From a virus (lineage: Duplodnaviria; Caudoviricetes): 55,152 bases of DNA. Location of the stretch: IMG/VR virus record IMGVR_UViG_3300009702_000031, positions 1 through 55,152 of that record; one strand, 5' to 3'. Every line of letters starts with the position of its first letter. Within the stretch, counting starts at the first letter, position 1. The position numbers and the translations under genes were made by a program. The notes under the pieces are model-generated. The model was not told the origin of the DNA, did no database searches, and saw only the letters and a program-made list of their open reading frames with translations. Positions 9,323-19,355 of this stretch are shown here, in pieces.

Positions 9323-9353
9323 GATTTTAAATTCTGTGGAAGGAGCTTAAAAT

Positions 9354-11351
9354 ATGGCAAGAAGCTTATTTGAACAATTACAGCAAGTAAGAGGTACTCG
9401 TACATTTTTTGATGATATGAAGAGATCTCTTGCTGAATCTACAGGTAGGCATTATAATACTGGTACTATTGCTACTACCAGTGGATCAACCACAGTCACT
9501 GATTCTTCCATTTCGTTTGGAGTAGATGAAGTAGATAATTTCATTGTTATTGACAGCGGTAATGCTGCTGGTGTTTACAAAATCACCGCTGTTTCTGGAA
9601 CTACAGCTACTATTACTCCTGGCGCAGCTGGTACAGATGCTACTGCATCTTATAGGAGACATTACTACCAAAATTTGGAAGATGATTTGAATTATTTAAG
9701 ATTTATGATGGATCTAGTAATTGGTGAGGATAATTGGTACGACGATCCTGATACTAATCTTAGAGACATGGCTTATTTGATCCCAGCAAGACCTAATTAC
9801 GTTGGTGAGACAGCGCAATACTCCGAACGTCCTGGTACTGTTAGTTTTACAATTAGTAATATAGACCAAACTGGAGGAGTTAGTGTAGGCGCTCCTGCTG
9901 ATGAATACACAGATAACACTAGTAGTGTTAGTGCTGGTAGTACCATCAGATTTACTGATGATAATACTATGCAAATTAGTATTCCTGGTGGATTTTTCCC
10001 TGCGGACGAGGGAACCATTTCTATTAAAAGGGATGGCGTCACTGTAGGTTCATTAGATTTAGCGGCGGCTTGGACTTCTGATGGCTGCTCCTATGAAACT
10101 AGTGAGGCTGATGTAGGAAATAATCCTAATCACACTGCTGGTGGAACAGGAGTAGATATCATTAATTTGACAAATAGACGTTGTATGAATACTAGTGTTG
10201 ATAGCTATCCTAGTTTTTGGCCGGCTCATCAAATTGCTAGTATGAATGCTACATTAACATTACCTGCAGGTTTTCAGGGACAAATTACCGTGGAACATAC
10301 TGTGGGTGGAAGTCAGAATTACACGTATGAGAGTTTTTGGGTAGATACTACAAGTCAAAGTATTACTGCTGCTGTACCAACACTGAATCCATTTATGTCA
10401 GTATATAAACACCTAAGTGGTGTGACTTATTATGGTGAAAACTCAACGTTTGTTATCGATGGAACTAACAGTGACGCCCTTTTTGATAGAGGGTATGTTA
10501 GTAATCCTATGACCTTTCGTTTGAGTCAGTTTAATGCATCTGATATTACTCCTACTTTAACTGATATTGGTCTTTCAGACCCACCATCAATTACTGATAC
10601 TATTCAGTCTGCTGGTGGATATAGTATTGGTTTTAGTATAGGTAGTGGTAATTTTAGAAATATGGATGCCAGGGCACAAGCCACTTATAGAGATGTTTTT
10701 GGCAGTGTTACTTCTGGTGATTCAGCCGCTGGTACTTATAGGCTTGATTTATATGGCACAACAAGTACAAGCACAGTTGAAAATTTTGATGATGAAGATA
10801 AACGTTTTGCAGGAACTGAGAATTTCAATAACACAAGTATTACTTGGACTGATAGTGCTTGGGATTCTACTACTGATATTACCACAATCAATGGTTTGGT
10901 GGTTTATAATGGGACATTAAAGTACCCCACCATTGATCATTCAACTGGTTTTTTGCCTGCTGGTCCTGATTATTCAGGTCAGACAGGTGATTTTGTTTAT
11001 TATAGAGTATTTATTGCTTCTGGATCATTCACTCAAGGTTCTATTACTTTCAGTGGCTGGAGCAATGCTCTTAACGTAATCCAAGGAAGTAACGTAGAAG
11101 TTAGCTTAAGATATCCCAATTGTTCTGATTATGGTAATAATAATACTAGCGTATGGCAGGATCTTGGGACAGATCAAACTACTTATGGAGGAAACGGTTG
11201 TCTTGGCTCCGGTTCTTCTGGTTCTACTGTTGCTTTTAGTTTTGGCACTACTAGCTCTAATTCATATGGTGATAGAGTCATCATGAGAATTAAATACAAA
11301 GCTAGTTCGGTGACGCCTCTTACTGGTGTCACTTTTAGTCCTACATTGTAA
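9354..11351 (+). CDS. Virion structural protein
   Basis: 665 aa, T/S/G/D-rich; N-terminus MARSLxxQLxQxR shared with 15414..16715. Confidence 0.6.
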   Translation: MARSLFEQLQQVRGTRTFFDDMKRSLAESTGRHYNTGTIATTSGSTTVTDSSISFGVDEVDNFIVIDSGNAAGVYKITAVSGTTATITPGAAGTDATASYRRHYYQNLEDDLNYLRFMMDLVIGEDNWYDDPDTNLRDMAYLIPARPNYVGETAQYSERPGTVSFTISNIDQTGGVSVGAPADEYTDNTSSVSAGSTIRFTDDNTMQISIPGGFFPADEGTISIKRDGVTVGSLDLAAAWTSDGCSYETSEADVGNNPNHTAGGTGVDIINLTNRRCMNTSVDSYPSFWPAHQIASMNATLTLPAGFQGQITVEHTVGGSQNYTYESFWVDTTSQSITAAVPTLNPFMSVYKHLSGVTYYGENSTFVIDGTNSDALFDRGYVSNPMTFRLSQFNASDITPTLTDIGLSDPPSITDTIQSAGGYSIGFSIGSGNFRNMDARAQATYRDVFGSVTSGDSAAGTYRLDLYGTTSTSTVENFDDEDKRFAGTENFNNTSITWTDSAWDSTTDITTINGLVVYNGTLKYPTIDHSTGFLPAGPDYSGQTGDFVYYRVFIASGSFTQGSITFSGWSNALNVIQGSNVEVSLRYPNCSDYGNNNTSVWQDLGTDQTTYGGNGCLGSGSSGSTVAFSFGTTSSNSYGDRVIMRIKYKASSVTPLTGVTFSPTL

Positions 11352-11373
11352 ATCGAAAGGAGAAACTTAAACT

Positions 11374-14300
11374 ATGGCCTTTAATGATACTTATAGAGAA
11401 AGTATTCAAGTTAAGCATCTTAGCAATGTAGGATTTACGTCAACTGCCAAGGGTGTTACCAATGAAGCCTATGCATTAAAGAATCCACATCAAGTACTGG
11501 CGGCTCAAATTCCAGTAGATGATGTTGTTTCTGACCACGGGCCACTTACAGCTAGTGGTGTTGCGGCTGGCTTAGTTGAACAACATACCGTAAAGCTAAC
11601 GGCAGATCCTACAGTTAATGGAAATAAAGCTTGGGTTGCTTATGAGGATAATTGTACTGAAACAGGTCACTCTGCTAGAGGGCATGTCCGCATTGATCAA
11701 TGGATGAGATACGCGGAAACTCAGTATAAATTGAGATTATTTGAAGATAATGGAACGGGGACAGGTTATGATTCCAATAAGGAGATCCTACCTTCCGAAG
11801 TTTCATTCAATTGGGAATATGATGCATCTTCTGGTGTAATTTATTTTGACGAGGATCCATCTGCTAATGGTAAAACACTGCCTTTATGGGGTGTCTTTTT
11901 TAAATATATCGGTGATAGTGTTGCCGATTCTCTTTCTAGTATTAGTGGTAGTCTTGGAGCCCATAATCATGATGACAGATATTACACTAAAACAGAACTT
12001 GATAATGGTCAGTTAGACAACCGTTATTACACAGAAACAGAAGTAGATGCTATGTTGTCTACTACGTCTGGTTCTTTACAGACTCAGATTGATAATACTT
12101 ACACACAAGCGGAGGTCGATGCTAAAGACACCGCGATTAGTGGATCGTTACAGAACGATATTATTTGGGAGCAGACTTGGAGTGGAGTAATTCAGCCTAA
12201 GGCTGGCACTTACCAAGGATCTGCCATATATACCACTGGAGATTTGACTGTTGGTGGTAATTTGACTGTAACTGGTACCCAATTCATTTCTAATACAGAA
12301 ACAGTTCAAATTGAAGATAATTTGCTGGTGATTAACTCAGGAGAAACTGGAGCCGGTGTTACTGAAGGTACTGCCGGTATTCAGGTAGATAGAGGTACTG
12401 CACCAGACTTTTTCTTCTATTTTGACGAGGTAGAAGATAATTTTAGGGTTGGTATTTCTGGTTCAATGCAAGCAGTTGCTACTAGAGAAGACGCTCCTAC
12501 TAATCTTAGAGTGCCTTTGTGGGATGCTTCAGCGTTTAGATTTGATACTGCTGGTACAACCTTCATGTCAATTAACACTGCATCACCTAATGTATTAAGT
12601 AGTGTAAATGGTAATGAATGGTTGGATGTTAGTTCAATTATTACTGATATTTTTGCACCTACTAGTAGTACTCAAGCTAACAACTCTTATTTGAGATTAC
12701 AGGGTGGTTCTGCTACTATTTATGCTGGTGATGGGTCTTCTGCCTCTGTTGCCGAATTTTCTGTGAGCAACACTGGTGTATCTCTGAAAACTGGTGCGTC
12801 GGTTAACGACATTACTACAACTATTGTAGGCCCAGGAGATGATGATACTTTGGCTACAGAAAAAGCTATCTACGATTATGTGGATACCGTTTCTGGAACT
12901 TTGGCCGCCGGAGCTGCTGCACTCGATATTTATAAATATTTTACAGATGGTATATTTACTGCTGAAGCATCTGGAAATACAGACACCTTTACTATTTCAG
13001 GTACTGGTGGTACTAATGTAACCATTACTGCAGCCAGTGATTTACTAACTATTGATTCTTTTGATGAGTTCTTAGATCTTACTGACACACCAGGTGCTTA
13101 CACTGCCAATAACACTCTTTATATGACAGCTGCTGGCCTTGCTAGTAACTCGTCTGTCACTTTCGATCCTAATAATAGTGAGTTTAATGTTGGTGGTTTA
13201 TTTAGTTTAGCAACTGGTACTACAGTTAATGAGATTGTTTCAACAGTTGACGGTTCTTCCACCAATGATCAGTTGGCAACAGCTGGTTCGGTTTTCGCAT
13301 TTGTTGATGCCGTTTCTGGAACTTTGAGTGATGCTACTACAGCATTGGATTTCTATAAGTCAATTACAGATGGTGTTAATACTGCCGAGGCTAGTGGTAA
13401 TGATGACACACTTACTTTTGCCGCCACAGGTGGTGCTAGTGTAACTGTTACCGCTGGAACTGATACTGTTACTATTGATGCATTTGATACGTTCTTAGAA
13501 CTTACTGATACACCTAGCTCTTTTACAAATTCAGAGATCTTGTATATGTCCGGCGCTGCAGTTGTTAGTAGTTCCGCTTTCACATTTGACGGTACTGCTT
13601 TCACACTTGGTGCTGGCACTACATTGGGTCTCAGTACAGGCACGACAGTTAATGAAATTTCTACTGCGATTACAAGTAGTTCTACAGATGATCAACTTGC
13701 CACTGCCAAGGCCACATATGACTATGTTGATTCTGTTTCTGGTACTTTAAGCGATGCTACTACAGCATTAGACTTCTTTAAATCTTTTACAGATGGTGTT
13801 AATACTGCCGAGGCTAGTGGTAATGATGATACATTCACATTTGCTGCTACTGGTGGTGCTACTGTTACCGTAAATTCTGGAACTGATACATTAACTATTG
13901 ATGCTTTGGATACATTCTTGGAATTAACAGATACACCTAGTTCATACACAGCAAATAATATGCTTTATATGACAGGTTCTGCTGTTGCCGATACTTCTGC
14001 CATGACATATAATCCAACTACTAGTGGAGTTGCTTTTGCTCATGATGTAAGTATAGGCGGAGATCTTAGTTTGGCCACTGGAACATCTGTTAATGAAATT
14101 GCTACTTCTGTTGGTAGTAATACAGATGATCAATTGATCACAGCCAAGGCCGTTGAGGATTATGTTGACGGTCAGATGAATTTGGTTGATGCTTATAAAT
14201 TTGTAACCAATGGCACAGATAGCACTACTGCATCTGGTTTAGATACTTTGACAATTAACGGTGTTAATGGTCTAGGTGTTAATATAGATGCCACGACTGA

Positions 14301-14853
14301 TACAGTTACTATTAGTGGTGCTGGACAACCTGAGTTCCATGAGGCAGAACTTGCTTATAACTCTGGTGGTGGGTACTGGGCATATAGTGGAGGATTCTCT
14401 TCTGTACCTAGTGATCTAGAAGTCTTCTTGAATGGTGTGAAGAATAAGAAAGACTCTGATTATTATACCGCTACAGTTGTTGGTGGCGAACTTAGAATTA
14501 CATTTGCATTTAATACATATGCTGAAGATTGGGCGAATATTACCTACGGTACAGTCTGGAATGCGGCTAGATGGGTTAATATAACCGCTAATGCCAGCGT
14601 CTCTTCTGGCCAGAGAATTATCGTAGATACTAGTTCCGCATCTGCATATACTTTAACCCTACCTGGTAATCCATCTATGGGTGATGAAATTCATTTCTTG
14701 GATGGTGGTTATAATTGTGGTACAGTTAATGTTACACTTGACAGAAATGGTAAAAATATTATGGGTCTTGCTCAGGATATGGATATAGACACTGATGGTG
14801 CAGCATTTAAACTTGTATACTACAATGCATCCCGTGGATGGGTTATTTATTAA
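11374..14853 (+). CDS. Fibre-like virion protein with internal repeats
   Basis: 1159 aa; HNHDDRYY and RYYTxTE motifs, about 141-aa repeats, and a C-terminal TLPxxPxxG...DG..NCGT...LVYYN..GW module. Confidence 0.7.
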   Translation: MAFNDTYRESIQVKHLSNVGFTSTAKGVTNEAYALKNPHQVLAAQIPVDDVVSDHGPLTASGVAAGLVEQHTVKLTADPTVNGNKAWVAYEDNCTETGHSARGHVRIDQWMRYAETQYKLRLFEDNGTGTGYDSNKEILPSEVSFNWEYDASSGVIYFDEDPSANGKTLPLWGVFFKYIGDSVADSLSSISGSLGAHNHDDRYYTKTELDNGQLDNRYYTETEVDAMLSTTSGSLQTQIDNTYTQAEVDAKDTAISGSLQNDIIWEQTWSGVIQPKAGTYQGSAIYTTGDLTVGGNLTVTGTQFISNTETVQIEDNLLVINSGETGAGVTEGTAGIQVDRGTAPDFFFYFDEVEDNFRVGISGSMQAVATREDAPTNLRVPLWDASAFRFDTAGTTFMSINTASPNVLSSVNGNEWLDVSSIITDIFAPTSSTQANNSYLRLQGGSATIYAGDGSSASVAEFSVSNTGVSLKTGASVNDITTTIVGPGDDDTLATEKAIYDYVDTVSGTLAAGAAALDIYKYFTDGIFTAEASGNTDTFTISGTGGTNVTITAASDLLTIDSFDEFLDLTDTPGAYTANNTLYMTAAGLASNSSVTFDPNNSEFNVGGLFSLATGTTVNEIVSTVDGSSTNDQLATAGSVFAFVDAVSGTLSDATTALDFYKSITDGVNTAEASGNDDTLTFAATGGASVTVTAGTDTVTIDAFDTFLELTDTPSSFTNSEILYMSGAAVVSSSAFTFDGTAFTLGAGTTLGLSTGTTVNEISTAITSSSTDDQLATAKATYDYVDSVSGTLSDATTALDFFKSFTDGVNTAEASGNDDTFTFAATGGATVTVNSGTDTLTIDALDTFLELTDTPSSYTANNMLYMTGSAVADTSAMTYNPTTSGVAFAHDVSIGGDLSLATGTSVNEIATSVGSNTDDQLITAKAVEDYVDGQMNLVDAYKFVTNGTDSTTASGLDTLTINGVNGLGVNIDATTDTVTISGAGQPEFHEAELAYNSGGGYWAYSGGFSSVPSDLEVFLNGVKNKKDSDYYTATVVGGELRITFAFNTYAEDWANITYGTVWNAARWVNITANASVSSGQRIIVDTSSASAYTLTLPGNPSMGDEIHFLDGGYNCGTVNVTLDRNGKNIMGLAQDMDIDTDGAAFKLVYYNASRGWVIY
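12770..14320 (+). repeat. Three to four tandem about 423-nt (141 aa) intragenic repeats
   Basis: Recurrent L.TGT.VNEI...DDQLAT...VD.VSGTL...TAEASGN...FL.LTDTP; an exact nucleotide block TTACAGATGGTGTTAATACTGCCGAGGCTAGTGGTAATGATGA occurs at 13364 and 13787. Confidence 0.85.
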
Positions 14854-14925
14854 TATTGAATAAGGACAAAAATAAATGTTTAAAGGAAAAGTTAATATGA
14901 TTTTTATAGAAAAGGAGAAGTTAAT

Positions 14926-15387
14926 ATGAATGGTTATGTACAAAATAAATCACCGATGTGGGCGCATGCTATGAAAAGAACAATTGGTCCTGGCCAGAAA
15001 ATATCTTTGAGTGAATTATTTGAGCAATATGGTAAGAAGCACTCTCTTTCTGAGGGAGAGGAGTTTGTTTCGTGGCTAAAAACTGTTAAGCTTAAAGATC
15101 ATAATAAATGGAGTGTAGTTTTACTGGCCGATGGCGAAACTATTGAGGCAGATGAAATAGCTGATGTCCCCGCTGAGGATAAGGTGAAAAAACGAATAGA
15201 TGACATGGATCCTCTTGATATAGTAGATCTTACTGTAAGACAAGCAAGAGACGTTGTTCCTATTTGTAAAAACAAACAACTATTAAAAATGGCTCTTAGA
15301 GAGGCTAATGCTAGAGCGCATAAAGATAGTTTATGTAATATATTAAGAAAGAGGATTAGAGAATTAGAAACAATAGTTAGAAATTAA
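14926..15387 (+). CDS. Hypothetical protein
   Basis: 153 aa ORF with AAGGAG RBS. Confidence 0.65.
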   Translation: MNGYVQNKSPMWAHAMKRTIGPGQKISLSELFEQYGKKHSLSEGEEFVSWLKTVKLKDHNKWSVVLLADGETIEADEIADVPAEDKVKKRIDDMDPLDIVDLTVRQARDVVPICKNKQLLKMALREANARAHKDSLCNILRKRIRELETIVRN

Positions 15388-15413
15388 ATAGACAGTTAGG
15401 GGGAAAATAAAAT

Positions 15414-16715
15414 ATGGCTAGAAGTTTAATTAGACAGCTTGAACAAATCAGGCGTTCCATGACATATGATGACACAGTCGCTAATGTTAACTCTTCTAGT
15501 GTTGCGGAACCCACAGTTTCAGGTTCTTTAGAGGGGGATATGAATGTTATTAGAACCCTCATCAAAGATGCTAAGGGTACCACTAACTGGTTTGATGCGT
15601 TAAGTAAATATTTTGATCCTAGTGATACGGATGCTGCTAATACAGCTAATAAGGATCTTACTCTTTCAAATATCGGTGGTAACACTTTGGATGCTAAAAC
15701 GATTATTCTCCCGGTGAGGGATGATAATTCTGGGTCTGGTTTTTCAGTTAATGGTTCTAGTACAGGGTTTCTTTTAACTACCACAGCTCCTTATGCTACA
15801 GCGTCTGATAGACGCGGTCTTCCTATTTTTGCTAGTACTGCACATAACGGTAGTTACTATGATGAGGGCGGAGAAGATCGTGTTTGTATGATTGATGTTG
15901 TAGATATGAATACTGGTAGTCAAATTAAGACTGATTCCGGACATATAATTTATGGGAAGTTTCATGACGCGGCTGATTTCTCTGGTACAGGTACTGGTAC
16001 TGATGTATATGTGCGTTTCTATGCTAATGATGCTGTTACTGATCTTAGTACAGTATCCGGTACTACGCCTTCCACAGTTCAGATTGTTTACCCAAGAAGA
16101 AAAATTCTTACCGATGTAGAGGAATATGAGTGGGCAAGAACAGATTTTATCAATTCTTGGGAAGGCGATGTAGAGTTGATGGAGGATATTTATAATTTGT
16201 GGGGCTATACTGGCGCCACAGATGGTGACGGTAGTCCACTGCCTTGGGATAATGACAGCGCGAGTTACATTTTGTCGTCTAACCCATCCGATTTAAAGTC
16301 TGCTATTGATGCACTTAATGATGGTATTGGCAATAGGTTATATACGGATGATAATTATATTGCTGATGGTCAGACAATCACTGCTTCGTTGGATGCGATT
16401 GATCAGGAATTAAAAACACTTAATGATAGTATTACTGCTAGTTCTGCAGATAAATATGTGGAAACTGTATCTTCTGCTATTTCTAAGAATACTGAACACA
16501 CATTGCCTGGCAGTATCAGTTATACTCCTGATTCAACATCTGGTGCGGAGGGTAAGAACATGGATGTTTATGTAGATGGTCAGTTAATAGCTGCTTCTAC
16601 TGGTACTAATGGTGCTAATGGAGACAGAGATTATTCTGAGACCAGTACTACTAGTGTAACATTTATGTTTGATATTCAGGCTGGCAGGAATATTACTTAT
16701 GTAATAAGGCAATAA
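15414..16715 (+). CDS. Virion structural protein (N-terminal paralog of 9354..11351)
   Basis: MARSLIRQLEQIR and SLEGDMNVIR...G..NWFD parallel NLEDDLNYLR...G..NWYD. Confidence 0.6.
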   Translation: MARSLIRQLEQIRRSMTYDDTVANVNSSSVAEPTVSGSLEGDMNVIRTLIKDAKGTTNWFDALSKYFDPSDTDAANTANKDLTLSNIGGNTLDAKTIILPVRDDNSGSGFSVNGSSTGFLLTTTAPYATASDRRGLPIFASTAHNGSYYDEGGEDRVCMIDVVDMNTGSQIKTDSGHIIYGKFHDAADFSGTGTGTDVYVRFYANDAVTDLSTVSGTTPSTVQIVYPRRKILTDVEEYEWARTDFINSWEGDVELMEDIYNLWGYTGATDGDGSPLPWDNDSASYILSSNPSDLKSAIDALNDGIGNRLYTDDNYIADGQTITASLDAIDQELKTLNDSITASSADKYVETVSSAISKNTEHTLPGSISYTPDSTSGAEGKNMDVYVDGQLIAASTGTNGANGDRDYSETSTTSVTFMFDIQAGRNITYVIRQ

Positions 16716-16724
16716 TAACAATAA

Positions 16725-16752
16725 CAGTGGCTCGACTTAAGTCGAGCCACTG
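16725..16752. repeat. Perfect 28-bp palindrome (hairpin)
   Basis: CAGTGGCTCGACTTAAGTCGAGCCACTG is its own reverse complement. Confidence 0.9.
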
Positions 16753-16781
16753 AAGAATTAAGGCTATAGGAGGAAGTTATT

Positions 16782-17147
16782 ATGATAGTTGATACACCCA
16801 ATAGGGAAGAGGATAGTAAGTTAAGAAGTATTCTATTTAAGGCAGAGGAAAAGAAACTTGTATCTAAAGAAGAGGTGGGTTTTATTACAGCATTAGTTAA
16901 ACGATACAGAGCAGACGTAGATAGAAAAGTTAAACAATTGTATGTAATGCAAGGTGAAATTGCACAACTTAAGAATAATGAGTTGATGATTGTAAAAATG
17001 TTAGAAAATGTCATAGCAGCTGCTGATAGGGATGAAGCTAGACGGGAAACCATTGCGCGAATAAGAGGGGAAGGCGAGGAAACAGCAGATGTAGACAGCG
17101 ATTCATCAGAGCCCGATGCTGGTGAAAATGATACACAAGACGATTGA
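16782..17147 (+). CDS. Coiled-coil hypothetical protein with acidic tail
   Basis: 121 aa; AGGAGG RBS. Confidence 0.65.
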   Translation: MIVDTPNREEDSKLRSILFKAEEKKLVSKEEVGFITALVKRYRADVDRKVKQLYVMQGEIAQLKNNELMIVKMLENVIAAADRDEARRETIARIRGEGEETADVDSDSSEPDAGENDTQDD

Positions 17148-17301
17148 TATAATGTAACAAATAACTAAAATAGAGGTAGGTATTATAATGGCTGAAATAT
17201 ACTATTTGAAAAACTCTTATAAAAGTAGTAAACTCAAGGTAGTGTATTTTGGCCATTGCTATATTTTAAATATAGAAAATAGAGGACGACAGGTAAACTA
17301 G

Positions 17302-18081
17302 ATGATTGTTTTAAGGAAATTAGGTGGTAAGCAAGGAACAACATCAGTAATAGCCGATCCGCTGATTGGTGTTAAAGATGGTGTAAACCAAGTATTTAAT
17401 ACCAATTATGAATATATTAAAGATAGAATAACGATATTCTATAATGGACAAGCACTTCATAGTCCAGATGACTTTATTCAAAGCGGCCCCACAGAAATAA
17501 TATTTGTACATATATTTCCAATAGAAAATTCAGAAATTAGAGGGCTTTATGAGACTGTTGTTGATTCTTCAAACACATCTAAAATATCTATAGACCATGG
17601 ACAATTAACCGGTCTTGATGATGATGATCACCCACAATATCTTACGGATGAGCGGGGAGATTCTAGATATTATACACAAAATCAGATAGATACTATATCT
17701 GGTTCTTTGTACCAGTCTATACTTAATCATCATGACACCTTTTTGGGTCTATTTGATACTCCAACAACTTATAGTGGTTATGCTGGAAAGTATGTTAGAG
17801 TAAAGGATGATGGGCAGGGATTAGAATTTTCAGGGGTTCAAGATGAGTTTAATGGTAAGAAGTCAATAGATTTAGGGGCAACATCAGTGTTCGTCCCTTT
17901 TTCTACTGTAGTTACACACACAGATTATACTATAAATGTAACTTTAGAAAATACTACTGATGTTGAGCCCTCTATTTTTTCTACATTGGTTTCTCGCACT
18001 ACTACAAGCGGATTTACCGTATTATTTTCTGGTGATATAGATTCGCCAAATTATAAACTGAATTGGATGGCTAAACTATAA
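17302..18081 (+). CDS. Fibre/decoration-like virion protein
   Basis: DHGxLxGLxDDDHxQY and FLxLxDTPxxY modules; C-terminal GFTVLFSGDIDS.NY.L.W shared with the next gene. Confidence 0.6.
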   Translation: MIVLRKLGGKQGTTSVIADPLIGVKDGVNQVFNTNYEYIKDRITIFYNGQALHSPDDFIQSGPTEIIFVHIFPIENSEIRGLYETVVDSSNTSKISIDHGQLTGLDDDDHPQYLTDERGDSRYYTQNQIDTISGSLYQSILNHHDTFLGLFDTPTTYSGYAGKYVRVKDDGQGLEFSGVQDEFNGKKSIDLGATSVFVPFSTVVTHTDYTINVTLENTTDVEPSIFSTLVSRTTTSGFTVLFSGDIDSPNYKLNWMAKL

Positions 18082-18097
18082 GGAGGAAACTTAATAA

Positions 18098-19330
18098 ATG
18101 GCAAAATTTCAAAGTAAGCATTTAAAATTAAAAGATAATGAACGAGTGTATTTTGGTACCGGAGATGATGTAAGTTTATATTATGATGGTACTGATTTCT
18201 TGGCTGATGCACCCATTAAGGGTCAATTGGCTACTCAAAATGAGCACCTTGTTCGTTATGACCAACTATTAACAACTTCTGGTACTCTACAAGACCAAAT
18301 TAGTGCTTTAGAATTGTTAGATTGGCAGGAATCAGTTGAAGCACGACAAGCCGCTCCTCCAGGCACTCCGGCGGTTGACCAGAGATTTTTGGTTATTCCA
18401 ACTGCCACTGGGGCTTGGGCAGGTCATGAAGATGAAATTGCTGAATATAATGGGTCTTCATGGGATTTTGTATCACCTACAGCAGGAACTGCGGTTTATG
18501 TAGAAGACGAAGAATTGATTTATATTTATGATGGTACTTCTTGGTCCCCAATGGGGATGGCAGTATCACATAGTGATTTACAAGATTTAGACGCAGATGA
18601 TCATACACAATATTCAAGAGTAGATGGTACTAGGGCCTTTACTAGTACTGTTGGTGGTGTTACTCCGGTAGCTGCCAGTGATCTTACTACTAAACAGTAT
18701 GTAGATAATGAAATTGCAACATTAAGTGGATCTATGGTATTGGATCATGGTGGTTTGACCGGGTTAGGTGATGACGACCATCCACAATACGCTCTAATAG
18801 ATGGTACTAGAGATTTTACAAGCACCGTTGGTGGTGTTGACCCTATTTCATCAAGCGATTTTACAACCAAAAATTATGTAGACACAGCACTTGCTACATT
18901 GAGTGGTTCACTAACCAATGATATGATTACTGACCATGGTGATTTGACTGGTCTTGGTGACGATGATCATACACAATATGTACCAACTGACGGTAGTCGT
19001 GGATTCACCAATACTGTAAGCGGTGTTGACCCAGTGTTAGACAGCGATTTAACTACTAAACATTATGTTGATCAGCAGGTTGGTAGCGGTATTAAGAGTG
19101 GCAGAACACCATTATCTGTGAATGATAATAGTAAAGCTGTGACTTTTGCTACACCGTATACATCAGTCAACTACACAATTAGTGTAATGATGAATAATAT
19201 TACGGATGCTAATCCTTCGATTTATCCAACTATTATTTCAGCTAAGTCTACTACCGGGTTTACAGTACTATTTTCAGGTGACATAGATTCTGCTAATTAT
19301 TCACTTGAATGGATTTGTGTTGGTGACTAA
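18098..19330 (+). CDS. Fibre-like virion protein with DUF2793-like segment and three DDDHxQY repeats
   Basis: PPGTP....RFLV...ATGAWAGHEDEIA....SW.F..P motif; repeated H.DL.GL.DDDH.QY..DG.R.FT.TV.GV.P....LTTK.YVD. Confidence 0.65.
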   Translation: MAKFQSKHLKLKDNERVYFGTGDDVSLYYDGTDFLADAPIKGQLATQNEHLVRYDQLLTTSGTLQDQISALELLDWQESVEARQAAPPGTPAVDQRFLVIPTATGAWAGHEDEIAEYNGSSWDFVSPTAGTAVYVEDEELIYIYDGTSWSPMGMAVSHSDLQDLDADDHTQYSRVDGTRAFTSTVGGVTPVAASDLTTKQYVDNEIATLSGSMVLDHGGLTGLGDDDHPQYALIDGTRDFTSTVGGVDPISSSDFTTKNYVDTALATLSGSLTNDMITDHGDLTGLGDDDHTQYVPTDGSRGFTNTVSGVDPVLDSDLTTKHYVDQQVGSGIKSGRTPLSVNDNSKAVTFATPYTSVNYTISVMMNNITDANPSIYPTIISAKSTTGFTVLFSGDIDSANYSLEWICVGD

Positions 19331-19355
19331 AATATATCTTTAATGGCGGTTAATA

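Noticed and set aside
12770-14320. Diversity-generating retroelement template/variable repeat pair
   Set aside because: The repeats are in-frame tandem protein repeats with mostly synonymous, non-adenine-specific differences; no reverse transcriptase is present in the window.
17188-17301. 37-codon ORF ending in TAG directly in frame with ATG 17302
   Set aside because: It has a possible RBS but no recognisable features, and cannot be distinguished from chance in an AT-rich spacer.
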